DNA of 64,000 nt from Torpedo marmorata (Eukaryota): assembly GCA_977017645.1 (NCBI GenBank), contig OZ360250.1, forward strand, positions 30,690,001-30,754,000, written 5' to 3'. Below, piece by piece: positions 13,735-26,622 of this stretch. The translations under genes and the position numbers were made by a program. Numbering within the stretch: the stretch's first letter is position 1; each line of letters opens with the position of its first letter. The notes beneath the pieces were generated by a model. It ran no database searches. It was not told the DNA's origin and saw only the letters and a list, made by a program, of their open reading frames with translations.

Positions 13735-16700
13735 TAAACTAGATTTGCAGGGGGAGGGGAACCAGAATGTTAGAGCAGTTAGTGAGAAGGAGGAGGATAA
13801 AGGTCATGCGAGGACTGCATGTATAGACAGAAATCAAAGGTTTGTACGTGATAGAAATTTTCTCAGGTGTATTTATTTTAATGCAAGGAGTATTGTTAGA
13901 AAGGCTGACGAGCTTAGGACATGGATTGACACGTGGGATTACGACATTATTGTTATTAGTGAGACTTGGTTGCCGGAGGGGCAGGACTGGCAGCTTAATG
14001 TTCCGGGGTTCCGTTGCTTCAGACGTGATAGAGGGGGAGGGATGAAAGGGGGAGGAGTGTCGTTGCTAGTCAGGGAAAATATCTCAGCTGCGCGAAGTCA
14101 GGACAGCCAGGAGGGTTTGTCTACAGAGGCCATATGGGTGGAGTTGAGGAACGGGAAAGGTGTGACCACACTGATAGGGTTGTATCATAAACTGCCCAAT
14201 AGTCAGAGAGAATTGGGGGAGCAAATCTTTAGAGAGATAGCACGATGTAAGAAGTAGAAAGTTGTGATAGTAGGAGATTTTAACTTTCCAACTATTGACT
14301 GGGACTCCCATACTGTGAAAGGGCTGAATGGCTTGGAGTTTGTGAAATGTGTTCAGGAAAGTTTTCTAAATCAATATATAGAGGTACCAACGAGAGAGGA
14401 TGCAGTACTTGATCTCCTATTAGGGAATAAGACAGGTCAGGTGACAGATGTATGTGTAGGTGAACATTTTGGGTCCAGTGACCATAATGTCATCAGCTTC
14501 AAGTTAATTATGGAAAAGGATAAGTCTGGTCCTCATGATGGGATTTTAAATTGGAAGAAGGCAAATTTTGTGGAAATGAGAAAGGATCGAGGAAGAGTGG
14601 ATTGGGATATGTTGTTTTCTGGCAAGGGTGTGTTAAGTAAGTGGATGGCCTGAAAAAGGTGAAATTTTGAGAGTGCAGAGTACCTGTTAAGATTAAAGGC
14701 CAAGTTAACAGGCATAGGGAACCTTGGTTTTCAAGGGATATTGGCGATCTGGTTAAGAATAAGAGGGAGGTGTATAGCAAGTATAGGCAACAAGAAGCTA
14801 ATGAGGTACTTGAACAGTACAGAAAATGCACGAAAATACTCAAGAAGGAAATCAGGAAGGCAAAAAGAAGACATGAGGTTGCTATGGCAGATAATGTGAA
14901 AGTAAATCCGAAGGGTTTCTACAAGTATATTAAGAGTAAAAAGATAGTAAGGGACAAAATTGGTCCCCTACAGGATCAGAGTGGTCAACTATGTGTTGAG
15001 CCTCATGTAATGGGGGAGATCTTAAACAGTTTTTTTGCATCAGTATTTACTCAGGTGTTATGGACCATGACTGACCATTTGGACTGCGGACGGTCAGCAG
15101 GAAGGATGAAGTCTTTTGGAGTACACACTGGGACCAGGTACTGAAAGAGTTAACTTCCCCAGGACTTGGTGTACCCAGAGAGAGAGACACCAGAGACAGG
15201 CTGTGGAAAAGATACTTTGTTGCACTTTTGCAAAAGCAGGTGCAAACCTCTGCAAAAAGCATTGAGGTTCAGTGGCAGTTTTGGAGTTGCAAAGGCTAGA
15301 GAACACAGCAAAATCCAGGCTTGTGCATCCCAGGGAAAAAGCCTGGGAGAATAGCACATGGCCTCCTGTCTCAGCAAAATCCTGAGTTAAAGGAACTTTT
15401 GTGGAGAACAGGCGTGAGATCAGCGAGACAAGCTGTGAGATCCAAGTACACGCCTCAATCAGTGGTATACTGATTTGGAGTCGCAATCCTCGTGAATCTC
15501 TACCAAAAAGGAAAGTCATCAGAGAAGAAAAGCAAGCCAAGTATTCGTAAGCATAAACAGTCATTGTCTCTCTCCAACGTTCATTGAGAAGTCCTTCTTG
15601 CCAGCACACAGAGCTGAATTTGGATCCTGAACATAGAGAGTGAATTTTTGTGGACTGTATTATTCTTTTTTTTGACTGACTAGTTTTTATGACTGACCTG
15701 GGGTTTTTGGGGAAAGCTTTTCCATTTTTACATGAGGGTTGGGCACAGACTGTAATGGTCTGGGCTTTACACACACACACACGCACACACCTTTTAGATA
15801 AGAATAGTGTTTATAGATGTTTATAGTGGGGTTAATTGTTGTGAAATTATATGTTTAATTGTCTTTAATAAATATAAATTTCAATTTTACCCCTTTTGCA
15901 TTGCATCTTCTGTCGTTGCTGGTTTGAATTTTGTAACACAGGAAACTGGCATAGTGCATAAGGAAGGAAGGGAAACAAACAGGAGTGTCATGGAACATAT
16001 GGAGATTAAGGAGGAGGAAGTGCTTGCTGCCTTACAGCGAATAAAGGTAGATAAATCCCACGGGCCGGATATGATATTCCCTCGGACCTTGAGGGAGACT
16101 AGTGTAGAAATTGCAGGGGCCCTGGCAGATATATTCAAAATGTCCTTAGCCATAGGTGAGGTGCCAGAGGATTGGAGGGTAGCTCATGTTGTTCCATTGT
16201 TTAAAAAAGGCTCCAAAAATAAACCAGGTAATTATAGGCCGGTGAGCCTGACATCAGTAGTAGGTACATTATTGGAAGGAGTTCTGAGAGATAGGATATG
16301 TAGGTATTTGGACAGCCATGGGCTGATTAAGGATAGTCAGCATGGCTTTGTGTGTGGTAAGTCGTGTTTAACGAATCTTATAGAGTTTTTCGAGGAGGTT
16401 ACCAAGAAGGTAGATGAAGGAAAGGCGGTGGATGTTGTCTACATGGACTTTAGTAAGCCTTTGACAAGGTCCCACATGGGAGGTTAGTTCAGAAGGTTAA
16501 GACATTAGGTATCCATGGAGAGGTTGTAAACTGGATTCGAAATTGGCTGTGTGGGAGAAAACAGAGTGGTAGTTGATGGTTGGTTTTTCAGACTGGAGGC
16601 CTGTAACTAGTGATGTGCCTCAGGGATCTGTGTTGGGACCATTGTTGTTTGTTGTATATATCAATGCTCTGGAAGATAATGTGATAAATTGGATCAGCAA

Positions 16701-17620
16701 GTTTGCTGATGACACAAAGATAGGAGGTGTTGTGGACAGCGAGGAAGATTTTCAAAGCTTGCAGGGGGATCTGGACCAACTGGGAGAATGGGCCAAAAAA
16801 TGGCAGATGAAGTTTAATGCAGACAAGTGTTAGGTGATGCATTTTGGAAGGGCAAACCAAGGTAGGACATACACAGTAAATGGTAGGGCACTGAGGAGTG
16901 CGGAGGAGCAAAGAGATCTGGGAATACAGATACATTGTTCCCTGAAGGTGGCGTCGCAGGTGGACAGGGTTGTAAAGAAAGCTTTTGGCATCTTAGCCTT
17001 TATAAATCAAAGTATTGAGGGTAGGAGTTGGGATGTTATGTTGAAGTTGTATAAGACATTGGTGAGGCCAAATTTGGAATATTGTGTGCAGTTCTGGTCA
17101 CCTAACTACAGGAAGGATATCAATAAGATTGAAAGAGTGCAGAGAAGATTTACTAGGATGTTGCCGGGTCTTCTGGAGTTGAGTTACAGGGAAAGATTAA
17201 ACAGGTTACGACTTCATTCCTTGGAGCGAAGAAAAATGAGGGGAGATTTGATAGAGGTTTACAAGATTATGAGAAGTATAGACAGAGTGGATGCGAGTAG
17301 GCTTTTTCCACTTAGATTGGGGGAGATAAATACGAGAGGTCATAGTTTTAAGCTGAAAGGAGAAAGGTTTAGCGGGAACATTAGGGGAATGTTCTTCACT
17401 CAGAGAGTGGTGGGAGTGTGGAAGGGCTGCCATCTGATGTGGTGCATGCGGGCTCGATCTTGAGTTTTAAGAATAGATTGGATAGATGCATGGATATGAG
17501 AGGTCTGGAGGGTTATGGAATGGGAGCAGGTCAATTGGACTAGCGGAATAATGGTCGGCACAGATTAGAAGGGCCGAATGGCCTGTTTTCTGTGCTGTAG
17601 CATTCTATGGTTCTATGGTT
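13735..17620 (+). mobile_element. CR1 LINE with near-complete but disrupted ORF2 (APE endonuclease + RT), interrupted by a solo LTR
   Basis: Motifs LRCIYFNARSI, ISETWL, GDFNFP, GSSDHN, NYRPVSLTSVV, VYMDFSK, VPQGSVLGP, KFADD, LEYCVQFWSP. 3' tail (TTCTATGG)n at ~17603-17620. Multiple stops and frameshifts. Confidence 0.95.
15056..15938 (+). mobile_element. Solo LTR (Gypsy-like), 883 bp
   Basis: TGTTA...TAACA termini. 4-bp TSD CAGG on both sides. AATAAA near 15867. Splits the CR1 reading frame at FASVFTQ|E. Confidence 0.85.
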
Positions 17621-17919
17621 CAAAATTCCACAGCTACAATCTCCATCATAGGCAAGGCATCAATGTCTGTTAATTGAATGATGGCTCTAGCTATTTCACC
17701 TGCTAAGGATCTGTCACCCTGAGACTGAATTTCATATTCAAGATTCCTTACAAGATTTTGATAGCACAACAGTTGCTGAATAACTAGGTCAGAGCTGAAC
17801 AGAGGGAAATTTACTTTATTATTAAATTATGAGTTGCATAGATCGGGTAGAGAGACAGAATCTTCAAACACTAGAAGGCATGAGGTGAGGGAAGGAAAGT
17901 TTGAGAGAGGAATGCAGAG

Positions 17920-18155
17920 CAGCACGGTTAATGTAGTGGATGGCGTAAATGCTATTAGAGCGCCAGCGATCCGGGTTATAATCCGGCGCTGTCTGTAAGG
18001 AGTTTGTACATTTTCCCTGTGACCGCGTGGGTTTCTTCTAGGTGCTCCGGTTTCCCCCACTCTCCAAAAACACACGGGGTTTGTAGGTTAATTGGTGTTT
18101 TTGTGGCGGCATGGGCTCGTCGACTGGAAGAGCCTGTTAATGTGCTGTATCTCTT
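17920..18155 (+). mobile_element. tRNA-derived SINE, inside a CR1 3' fragment
   Basis: Degenerate A/B-box head and a body GCTGTCTGTAAGGAGTTTGTAC...GGGTTTC shared with more than 10 copies in the window. Confidence 0.85.
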
Positions 18156-18288
18156 AAAAAAAAAACTTACTTTGCACAGAGAGTGATCGGTGACTGGAAT
18201 GGGCTGCAGGGTTGGTAGTGGATGCAGATATAATAACAGCGTTTTAGAATGGACGCACGAGTGTGGATCATGTACAGGAAGAAGAGAA

Positions 18289-18607
18289 AAGTAAAAACAC
18301 AACGCTGGAGAAACTCAACAGGTCAAATAGTGTACTTTAATAGCAAAGATAAAGATACATAACCAACGTTTCGGTCTTGAGTCCTTCATCAAGGTATGAG
18401 CAAATTGTAGGCAGTCACCCCACCCCCCACCATTTTGTTCGGGCGCCTGCCTACATTTTGCTCATACCTTTGTGAAGGGCTCAAGCCCGAAACGTTAGTG
18501 ATGTATCTTTACCTTTGCTATATAAAGTACACTGTTTGACCTGCTGAGTTTCTCCAGCATTGTGTTTTTACTTCAATCGCGGTGTCTGCAGACTTTAGTG
18601 TTTTACT
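18289..18607. mobile_element. Penelope-like terminal (pseudo-LTR) fragments in inverted orientation
   Basis: 18289-18414 is an imperfect reverse complement of 18447-18573. Both match the end of the Penelope element at 24357-24530. Confidence 0.85.
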
Positions 18608-19061
18608 GCAGGTAGAAGGGATGTGGTTTAATTTGCCATGGGGACAGACATCTTGGGCTGAAAGGGCCAGTTCCTGTGTTGTTCTATGCTCTAAAGTTTC
18701 CAAGCCTTTTAGTTTAAAGAGCTGCAATGTGTCCCTTGCAATCTCATCTTCAGTGAAAATAAAGGCAGCATGAGTCTCTGCGCTTGGAATCATCTACTGC
18801 TCATTTCCATAAACTCTCTCCATGGCATCCATCGCCCTTCGGTTGTTTGATGAAGAAAGAATTGCCATCAAACCTTGTCTTATCAAGTTAAATTCTAATG
18901 CAATTTTGTTTTCTGCTCTACAGCTGTAACTACGCTTCAGAAGTTACTTCATTGACTCTGAAATGCTTTGGAATGTTGTGAGGCCTGTACAAAGTACAAA
19001 GCTTCCTCCTTGTTAAAGTGGCTGATTTTTATCCAGTGTCCTTATCCAGTACCCCAGTGTT

Positions 19062-19565
19062 TCAGATCAAATACTATTTATTGACATGTAATAAAACAGA
19101 AATGTAATATCACACGAAATTGCTATTAGGTAGAGAAGATTCGCCATGAACATTTCCCGGTGCCCCTTGCAGTCAGAGAAAGAGAAGCAAAAGAGAGTCC
19201 CCCCCAGGGTCACCGAGTGTCTTTGGATCCACCTCGAACTCTCCCACAGCCTCTGCAGTCGCACAAGATTCCAGTTCAGTTCAAACCATCGTCAAACCGA
19301 GCCCAGATCCAAACCTCCGACGCCCCTGGTACGTTTTGAACGGTGGGAAGAAACCGGAGCGCCCGGAGGAAACCCACGCAGACATGGGGAGAACGTACCA
19401 ACTTCTTAAAGACAGCGCGGGATTCGAACCCCGGTCGCTGGCGCTGTAACAGAATTACGCTAACCGCTACGCCCCACGAGGAAACCTTCAGCGCGCGTCG
19501 GGAGCCCTTCTTGCCCTCAGCACCCTCTCGAATTCCGGTTCCCATACCTGGTTCCCATGAGTTAG
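19062..19565 (-). mobile_element. Non-coding retroposon (family of 35590-36515) with a tRNA-SINE inserted at ~19325-19475
   Basis: CAGTCAGAGAAAGAGAAGCAAAAGAGAGTCCCCC block is shared with the copies at 27443, 35590 and 39450. Confidence 0.8.
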
Positions 19566-20259
19566 TTTGACCCCCCCTTACTTGTAACAGCAAGCATAAA
19601 GGACCATGCATGCATTCCCAGTTGGGTTCTTCCTTCACTTGTAAGATATTTCTGGCTTAACAAGAAAACACTTTAAATAGAAATAGTGTATATTATTAAC
19701 AAGCTAATTTTAAAACTCTAATCCCACTTTAGATTTTAATTGATAATTAGAAACTCTTTCGGCATCATTCTCAAGAGTTGAGATCTCATTTGAATCTTTT
19801 GTTGGAATACTTATTGCCTCATAATCACTCCCAGGTGTCCATTAGTCTCTTTTTTTAATTGCAACAATGGTCTGTAAATTTTACATCAAAATTGTGGTTC
19901 TGTGGCCCTCAAAACAGTGGGGGTTTTTGTTTGCTTTTCTAAAGTAGGGAAGACAGATACAGAGAATGCATGTGTGATTATTTTATAAGCAGATGGTTTT
20001 GAATTAGAAATTGCACACAAGACGGCCACATTTCGCAGGTATAATTAGTAGAAACAGATGCTCAAAAATCCTAATTGCTCAGCCATCAACAACAATAATG
20101 TTGTACCTTCGGATTGTAAACTCCAACAGACCAGTCAGGCAAGCTCGTCGACTCATTCCAAGTTATTGGTTAATAGTTAAGGCATTGATTGGAGCGATTG
20201 ACGGCATAATAGAATGAAAAATCATTGCAAAATCATTGAGGCCCCCTTCCACCCCGCAT

Positions 20260-20583
20260 TTTTCAGCTGTTCCCGTCGGGGAAGAGATACAGGAGTATCA
20301 GAGCCAGCGCCACCAGGCTGAGGAACAGCTTCTTCCCACGGGCAGTGAGAATGCTGAACGACCAAAGGAACTGCTCACACTAACCACCCGAGACTCTCAT
20401 ATTTACAAAGCAATATTTATTTATTTATTTATTTTCATAGATAAAATACTTATCCTGCATATGTATTATTTATCTGTATGTGTGTTATGTGTGGTTACGT
20501 GTCTGCATGTTTTGCACCGAGGACCGGAGAACGCTGTTTCGTCGGGTTGTACTTGTACAATCAGATGACAATAAACTTGACTC
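20260..20583 (+). mobile_element. Rex1/Babar LINE 3' end
   Basis: LFPSGRRYRSIRASATRLRNSFFP-like sequence, then a 3'UTR ending AATAAACTTGA. Confidence 0.85.
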
Positions 20584-20828
20584 GAAAAATGGAAGAAGGT
20601 ATAGCCCATGAAGCCCTTCAAGTGTGTTCCTCTATTTAAACATTATGGCACATCCACTCGCTCATCCATTTGCCTGCCCAATCTCCATATTCCCCCGATA
20701 TGCCCAATCTCCATATTCCCCCGATTCCTTTGATCTTCTAGACTTCATCATTCTCAGCCTTAATTATGCTCAACGACAAGAATTCTACCCTGGAGTGATA
20801 AGGATGCTGTAAGGTTTGTAACTCTGAA

Positions 20829-21894
20829 ACCTCTTTCACACTGGCTAACCAGTAAATTGGCTGTTCAACGAACCGGTTAAAGAAGCCGTTTTTGCCGTTC
20901 ATACTGAACCAATGTTAACCGGTTCTCTGCGTGCTTTCACACTCACCACCAGGCATCCCCGGGGAGAGGGGCGCCTATCCTCCACCGGTGATGTCCTGAG
21001 TGACGCATCGAGCGATGGCGGACCTGCCCTCCCAGAATTCCGTGCGGCAGAGAAACCCCTCCATGAATGCTCCGTGCATACAGCCCTTTCATTATGCCAA
21101 GGCACACTGGGACACGGGGGCTTTAACGGAAAAGGCGGTTAGTTCCTTGCCTATCCGCAATCTCTCTCACTCTCTCTCTCTCCCTCTCTGTCTCTCTGTC
21201 TCTGTCTCTCTTTCTCTCCCTTCCCTCTGTCTCTGACAGACATATCTATCTATCTATCTATCCTTGATTGTTGTATGTACCCACTTCGCTGCGATTTTCC
21301 CACGCTCGCTATAAATTGTGCGCGTATGTGTTTTATTGCCGCTACCACTTTCCCACGGTTCTTTATAAATTGTGCGCGTATGTTTTATTAAATTGTGTGC
21401 GTTTTTTCCCACGCTCTTATTCGTGTGTGTTTTATTCCCGCTACGATTTTCTGATACTGGAGTAGGTTTATATAGGTCGGTACAACAACAGGGGCTGAAG
21501 GGCTCGTACTGTACTGTACATGATGCTTAATTATGTTATAATTAGGCATGATTAATTTTGTTTAAATACAAGATAATACATTGATCACGATTTAGTAAAT
21601 TGAATACGAAGTTTATACCTTCTTTTTAATCTTTTGTTTCATTCACGTTCCTGCACGCAAGCAAGTACGTCATCAACGTGTCACTAATTTGTCCCAGGAT
21701 AGCCCATGTCCCTTTCACACTGGGCTAATCGGCACGCAGGCGTCAGATCGCCCGGGGAATGATACACCCTACTTAGGCAGTGCATCCCCGGGGTGATCTG
21801 ACGCCTGCGTGCCGATTCGCGAGCGTTCACACTGGCACGTTAGCTGGTATATTGGCAGTTAATTACTGGGATAAGGTGCCTGTGTGAAAGGGGC
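20829..21894. mobile_element. Non-autonomous PIF/Harbinger-like element
   Basis: Imperfect TIR ACCTCTTTCACACTGGC / GCCTGTGTGAAAGGGGC. Internal TTCACACT repeats. TAA follows the right end. Internal palindromes. Confidence 0.65.
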
Positions 21895-22094
21895 TAATAT
21901 CTCCACCCTAAATTATCACTATTCCTTTGACAAAGCCCCAGATAAATATTTTAAGCCTGCATACGTTACATTAGCACCAAAATTATAATGCAGCCAGCTT
22001 CATTAACTTTTCACGCCACTGTCATTCTCATCTTCATTTGAGTCGTATTTTTACATTATTTATTGTTGTTGTGGCCCTGCTAACTTTGATTGCA

Positions 22095-22820
22095 GATTTC
22101 AGATTTATTGTCAGAGTACATACATGACATCACATACAACCCTGAGATTCTTTTTCCTGAGGGCGAGGCAGAATTACCACTTATTAGTTGTGCAAAAAAA
22201 AACCGTACACAATGTACACATGTAAACAAATAAAGAAATGTAAACAACTGACTGGGCAATACAGAGAGGAGAAAAAAAAACCAATAAAGTGCAAAAGTAA
22301 GAGTCCTTAAATGAGTCCCTGATTGAGTTTGTTGTTGAGGAGTCTGATGGTGGAGGGGTAGCAGCTGTTCCTGAACCTGGTGGTGTGAGTCTTGCGGCAC
22401 CTATACCTCTTTCCTGATGGTAGCAGTGAGAACAGAGCGTGCGCTGGGTGGTGTGGATCCTCAATGATTGCTGCTGCTCTCCAACAGCAGCGTTCCCCGT
22501 AGATGTTCTCGATCGTGGGAAGGGGTTTGCCTGTGATATCCTGGGCTGTGTCCACTACCTTTTGCAGGGCTTTATGCTCGGGGGTATTGGTGCCCCCATA
22601 CCCGACCGTGATGCAGGCGGTCAGCATATTTTCCACCACACATCTGTAGAAATTTGCCAGGGTTTCCGATGTCATACCAAACTTCCACAAACTCCTGAGG
22701 AAGTAGAGGCGCTGACGGGCTTTCTTCACGATGCCATTAGTGTGTTGGCTCCAGGAAAGATCCTCCAAGATAGTGACTCCCAAGAACTTAAATTTGCACA
22801 CCCTCCCCACCTCTGATCCC
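22095..22820 (-). mobile_element. Rex1/Babar LINE 3' fragment (second subfamily)
   Basis: ORF 22307-22810 reads FKFLGVTILEDLSWS...KKARQRLYFLRSL...HHPAHALFSLLPSGKRYR. Confidence 0.92.
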
Positions 22821-24113
22821 CCCTCTGAACTCTGGGCTGGACTCCACAGTTTTGAAAATGTTCCTCCTACTCTCTGCCCTAAACCTCCTGCGTATGATCG
22901 TACAGATACTCCGATTCTGCCAAACTTAGTCCACCATTAGAAGTATGGACCATGGACTCGACACATTGGAAAGGTTGACGGATCACACAGTGACATTGGA
23001 AGCCAATCCCCTATCTGAGATTCAACTGAAGTGTTCTAAGGGTTTGACGTCCTGGTCATGAATTGCAAGGTCCTGTATTGTATTGGCAGTGGGCAAACAA
23101 GACGAAGCAAATCCTCTAACTATGACCACCTCTCTTTGGCTTTAATGCTTGAGCTGTTTATTTGGCTTTCTTTTAATTTAGGGACACAGTAGAAACCTGA
23201 GACATGAACACAAAACCGTGCACTCCAGTACTTCCCATCTACAGGACCCTCCAGTTCAGTCGTCTTCATTGGGGGGGACGGGCAATACAGAGGACGACTC
23301 TAATTTCTGGAAGCTCACTGTCTCATACGCTGTGTGTTTCTTTGCAAATGCTGAAGACTTAATGCTCCGAGAGTGAAGTTGTAAACTCACTAGATTGCCA
23401 CCTGGTCATTACTGAAGTAGGTGTGGTGACTCTCAGTGGGAATTTTCAGTGCATTTGAATGGAACCACGAAACGAGGCATGGAGCACTTGGTTTCCTTCG
23501 ATTCCATTATTTCTCAGGATCTTGAGAATGTCCCGAAGTTGTGCACTGAATCAAGCTCTTGCCTCAAACAGCTTGAATTAATTTGCAGCAGCGTTGTCAG
23601 CAGATAGTCATTTCGCAAGTGTTCACTGCACGCTGTCTGATTCTACGGAAATGAGGTCGGCATTGTAAACGTACCTGATGGGTGTTGGGGAAAGCTGCCT
23701 ACATCTTCCATCTTGGGCAGTGGTTTATGAAGTGACCCCTTCTTTGGTTATAGTGTCTGGATTAGCTTGTAGCGATGCATTGGATTTCGCAATGGTGGAG
23801 GAGATGGCTACTTCTCCCAAGGGTTGATGGCGCTCTTCATGACTGACCTGAACGTGATGTATTTTTGTGGGATGGCTTTGTCTCCTGGCATTCAGCACAG
23901 AAATAGGCCCTTTGGGCCACTCAGTGATCAGACAAGCGTTTATGCTCATCCCATTTCTCCCCAAGGCCCCAACCACACCCGGATTCTACCTCTCCGGGCA
24001 ATCCATAGCGGACGATGAACCACCAAGCCGCAAACCTTTGGGATATGTTGCGAAACGGGAGAACTCAGAGAAAACCGTCATGAGGTCAGAGGAATCATAC
24101 ACAAACTCGACAC

Positions 24114-26622
24114 CAGGGTATTTCAAACTTTTTTTTTTCCACTCATATACCACCTGAAGTAATCCCTATGCCATAAGTGCTCTGTGATTGGTAAGGGATT
24201 ACTTAAGGTGGTATGTGAGTGGGAAGGGAAGGTTGAGAACCACTGCTCGAGACCCAATTGTTACTGAAATATTTTGCTTGAGAAAAATCGTCGTTGGCCC
24301 GTTTCCTTTCGAGTTATGAAAACGTGCACATAACGAGTCAATTAGGTAGGATTAAAGTAGTAAAACACGAAAATCTGTAGACACCGTGGTTGAAGTAAAA
24401 AACACAAATGCTGGAGAAACTCAGCAGGTCAAACAGTGTCTTTTATGTAGCAAAGGTAGAAATACATAACCGACGTTTCGGGCTTGAGCCCTTCATCAAA
24501 GTATGAGAAAATGCCGGCAGGCGTCCGAACAAAAGAGTGAGGGGGGAGGGGGGGGGGGTGGCAAAGGCAGGAGATGATAGGTGGAGAAAGGAGGGAGGGG
24601 ACAGCAGCAAAGAGGGGGAGGAGGGATGGCTGGGTGGGTGGAAAAAAACATGAAGGACAGGTGACGGGGGAGGGGAAGGAAAAGACAAGCAGGTTTAGTG
24701 GAAAGCAGAAAAGTCAATGTTAATGCCATCTGGCTGGAGAGTGACCAGACGGAAAATGAGATGTTGTTCCTCCAATTTGCGGGTAGTCTGGGTGGGATAG
24801 TACATGAGGCCATGGACAGACATGTGAGTGTGGGAATGTGACTCGGAATTGAAATGGCTGGCTACTGGAAGGTCGCTGTTGTTGCGGACGGAGAGGAGGT
24901 GCTCAGCAAAGCAATCTCCCAATCTGTGACCGATCTCTCCGATGTAGAGAAAGCCACAAAGGGAGCACCGGATGCAGTAAATAAGTTCTCTGGATGTGCA
25001 AGTGAAGTGTAGTTTCATTTGAAAGGCCTGTTTGGGGCCCCGGACCGTGGTGAGGGGGAAGGTGCGGGCGCAGGTGTTGCACCTCCTGCGGGCACAGGGG
25101 AAGGTGCCGGGGGTGCGATGGGTGGGGAGGGATGAGTGCACGAGGGAATCGCGGAGGGAGTCGTCCGTGCGGAAGGCCGAGTGGGTAGGAGAAGGAAAAA
25201 TGTGTCTGGTGGTGGGATCCTGTAGTAAGTGCCGGAAATTCCGGCGGATAATGTGTTGGATGCGGAGGTTGGTGGGGTGGTAGGTGAGGATGAGGGGGAT
25301 TCTATGTTTGTTGCGTCTGGGGGCAGAGGGGGCCAGGGCAGATGAGCGGGAAATGGAGGAGATGCGGGTGAGGGCTGAGTTGATGGTGGTGGAAGAAGGC
25401 AGACATTTCAGAAGATTTGGACTGGAAGACCTCATCTTGGGAACAGATGCGGCGGAGACCGAGAAATTGAGAGAAGTGGATGGAATCCTTGCAGGGGACA
25501 GGGTGTGAGGAAGTGTAGTCCAGATAGTTGTGTGAGTTGGAGGGTTTGTAGTAAATGTTGGTGGAAAGCTTGTCTCCCGAGATGGAGACAGAGAGATCCA
25601 GGAAGGGGAGAGTGTTATCGGAGATGGACCAGGTGAGTTTGAGATCGGGGTGGAAGTTGGATGTGAAGTGGATGAAGTTGACAAGCTCATCGTGGGTGCG
25701 TGAGGCAGCCCCGATGTAGTTGTCGATATAACGGAGGAAGAGATGAGGGGTCTTGCCTGTGTAGGCTTGCAGCATGGATTGCTCCACAAAGCCCACAAAC
25801 AGGCAGGCGTAGCTGGGACCCATGTGGGTACCCGTGGCTACTCCTTTGATTTGGAGGAAATGGGATGAGTTAAATGAGAAGTTATTGAGAGTGAGTACAA
25901 GTTCTGCCAGGCAGAGGAGGGTGGTGGTAGAGGGTGATTGGTCGGGTCTTTGGTCCAGGAAGAAGCGAAGTGCTTTCAGACCTTCTGTGTGGGGGATAGA
26001 GGTATAAAGGGATTGGACATCCATGGTGAAGATGATGCAGTCCGGTTCAGGGAATCTGCAGTCATTGAGGAGATGGAGGGCATGTGAGGTGTCGCGGATG
26101 TAGGTGGGGAGGGATTGGACCAGGGGAGAAAAGATGGAGTCAAGGTAAGATGAAACTAGTTCAGAAGGCATGAGCAGGCAGAAACAATGGGTCTGCCCGG
26201 ATGGTTGGGTTTGTGTATCTTGCATAGAAGGTAGAAATGGGCAGTGCGGGGGTGGGAGAGAATGAGGTTGGTGACCGTGGAGGGGAGGTGACCGAAGGTG
26301 ATGAAGTCGGAGATAGTGTTGAAGACAGTGGCTTGATGTGCAGTGGTGGGGTCCTGTGGGAGGGGTCGGTAGGAGGAGGTGTCTGAGAGCTGTCGACTGG
26401 CCTCGGCAAGGTGGAGGTCATTGCGCCAGACCACAACCGCACCGCCCTTGTCTGCGGGTTTGATGGTGAGGTTGGGATTGTAGGATTAAAACAGTGGTTT
26501 TCAATCTTTTTCTTTCCACTCACATACCACCTGAAGTAATCGTTACTAATCACAGAGCACCTATGGCATAGGGATTACTTCAGGTGGTATGTGAGTGGAA
26601 ATAAAAAGTTTGAAAGCCACTG
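24114..26622. mobile_element. Composite hAT (Charlie-like) MITE: two palindromic units (24114-24245, 26492-26622) plus spacer, interrupted by a Penelope element
   Basis: CAG...CTG palindromic units share CCACTCA(T/C)ATACCACCTGAAGTAATC. Outer 8-bp TSD CTCGACAC / CTCTACAC. Confidence 0.75.
24357..26479 (-). mobile_element. 5'-truncated Penelope-like element (RT + GIY-YIG endonuclease), frameshifted
   Basis: Motifs TIKPADKGGAVVVW, TMDVQSLYTSIPH, GPSYACLFVG, FLRYIDNYIG, LPFLD and GIY-YIG LIYCIRCSLCGFLYIGE. Flanked by an 11-bp direct repeat GTAGGATTAAA. Confidence 0.93.
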
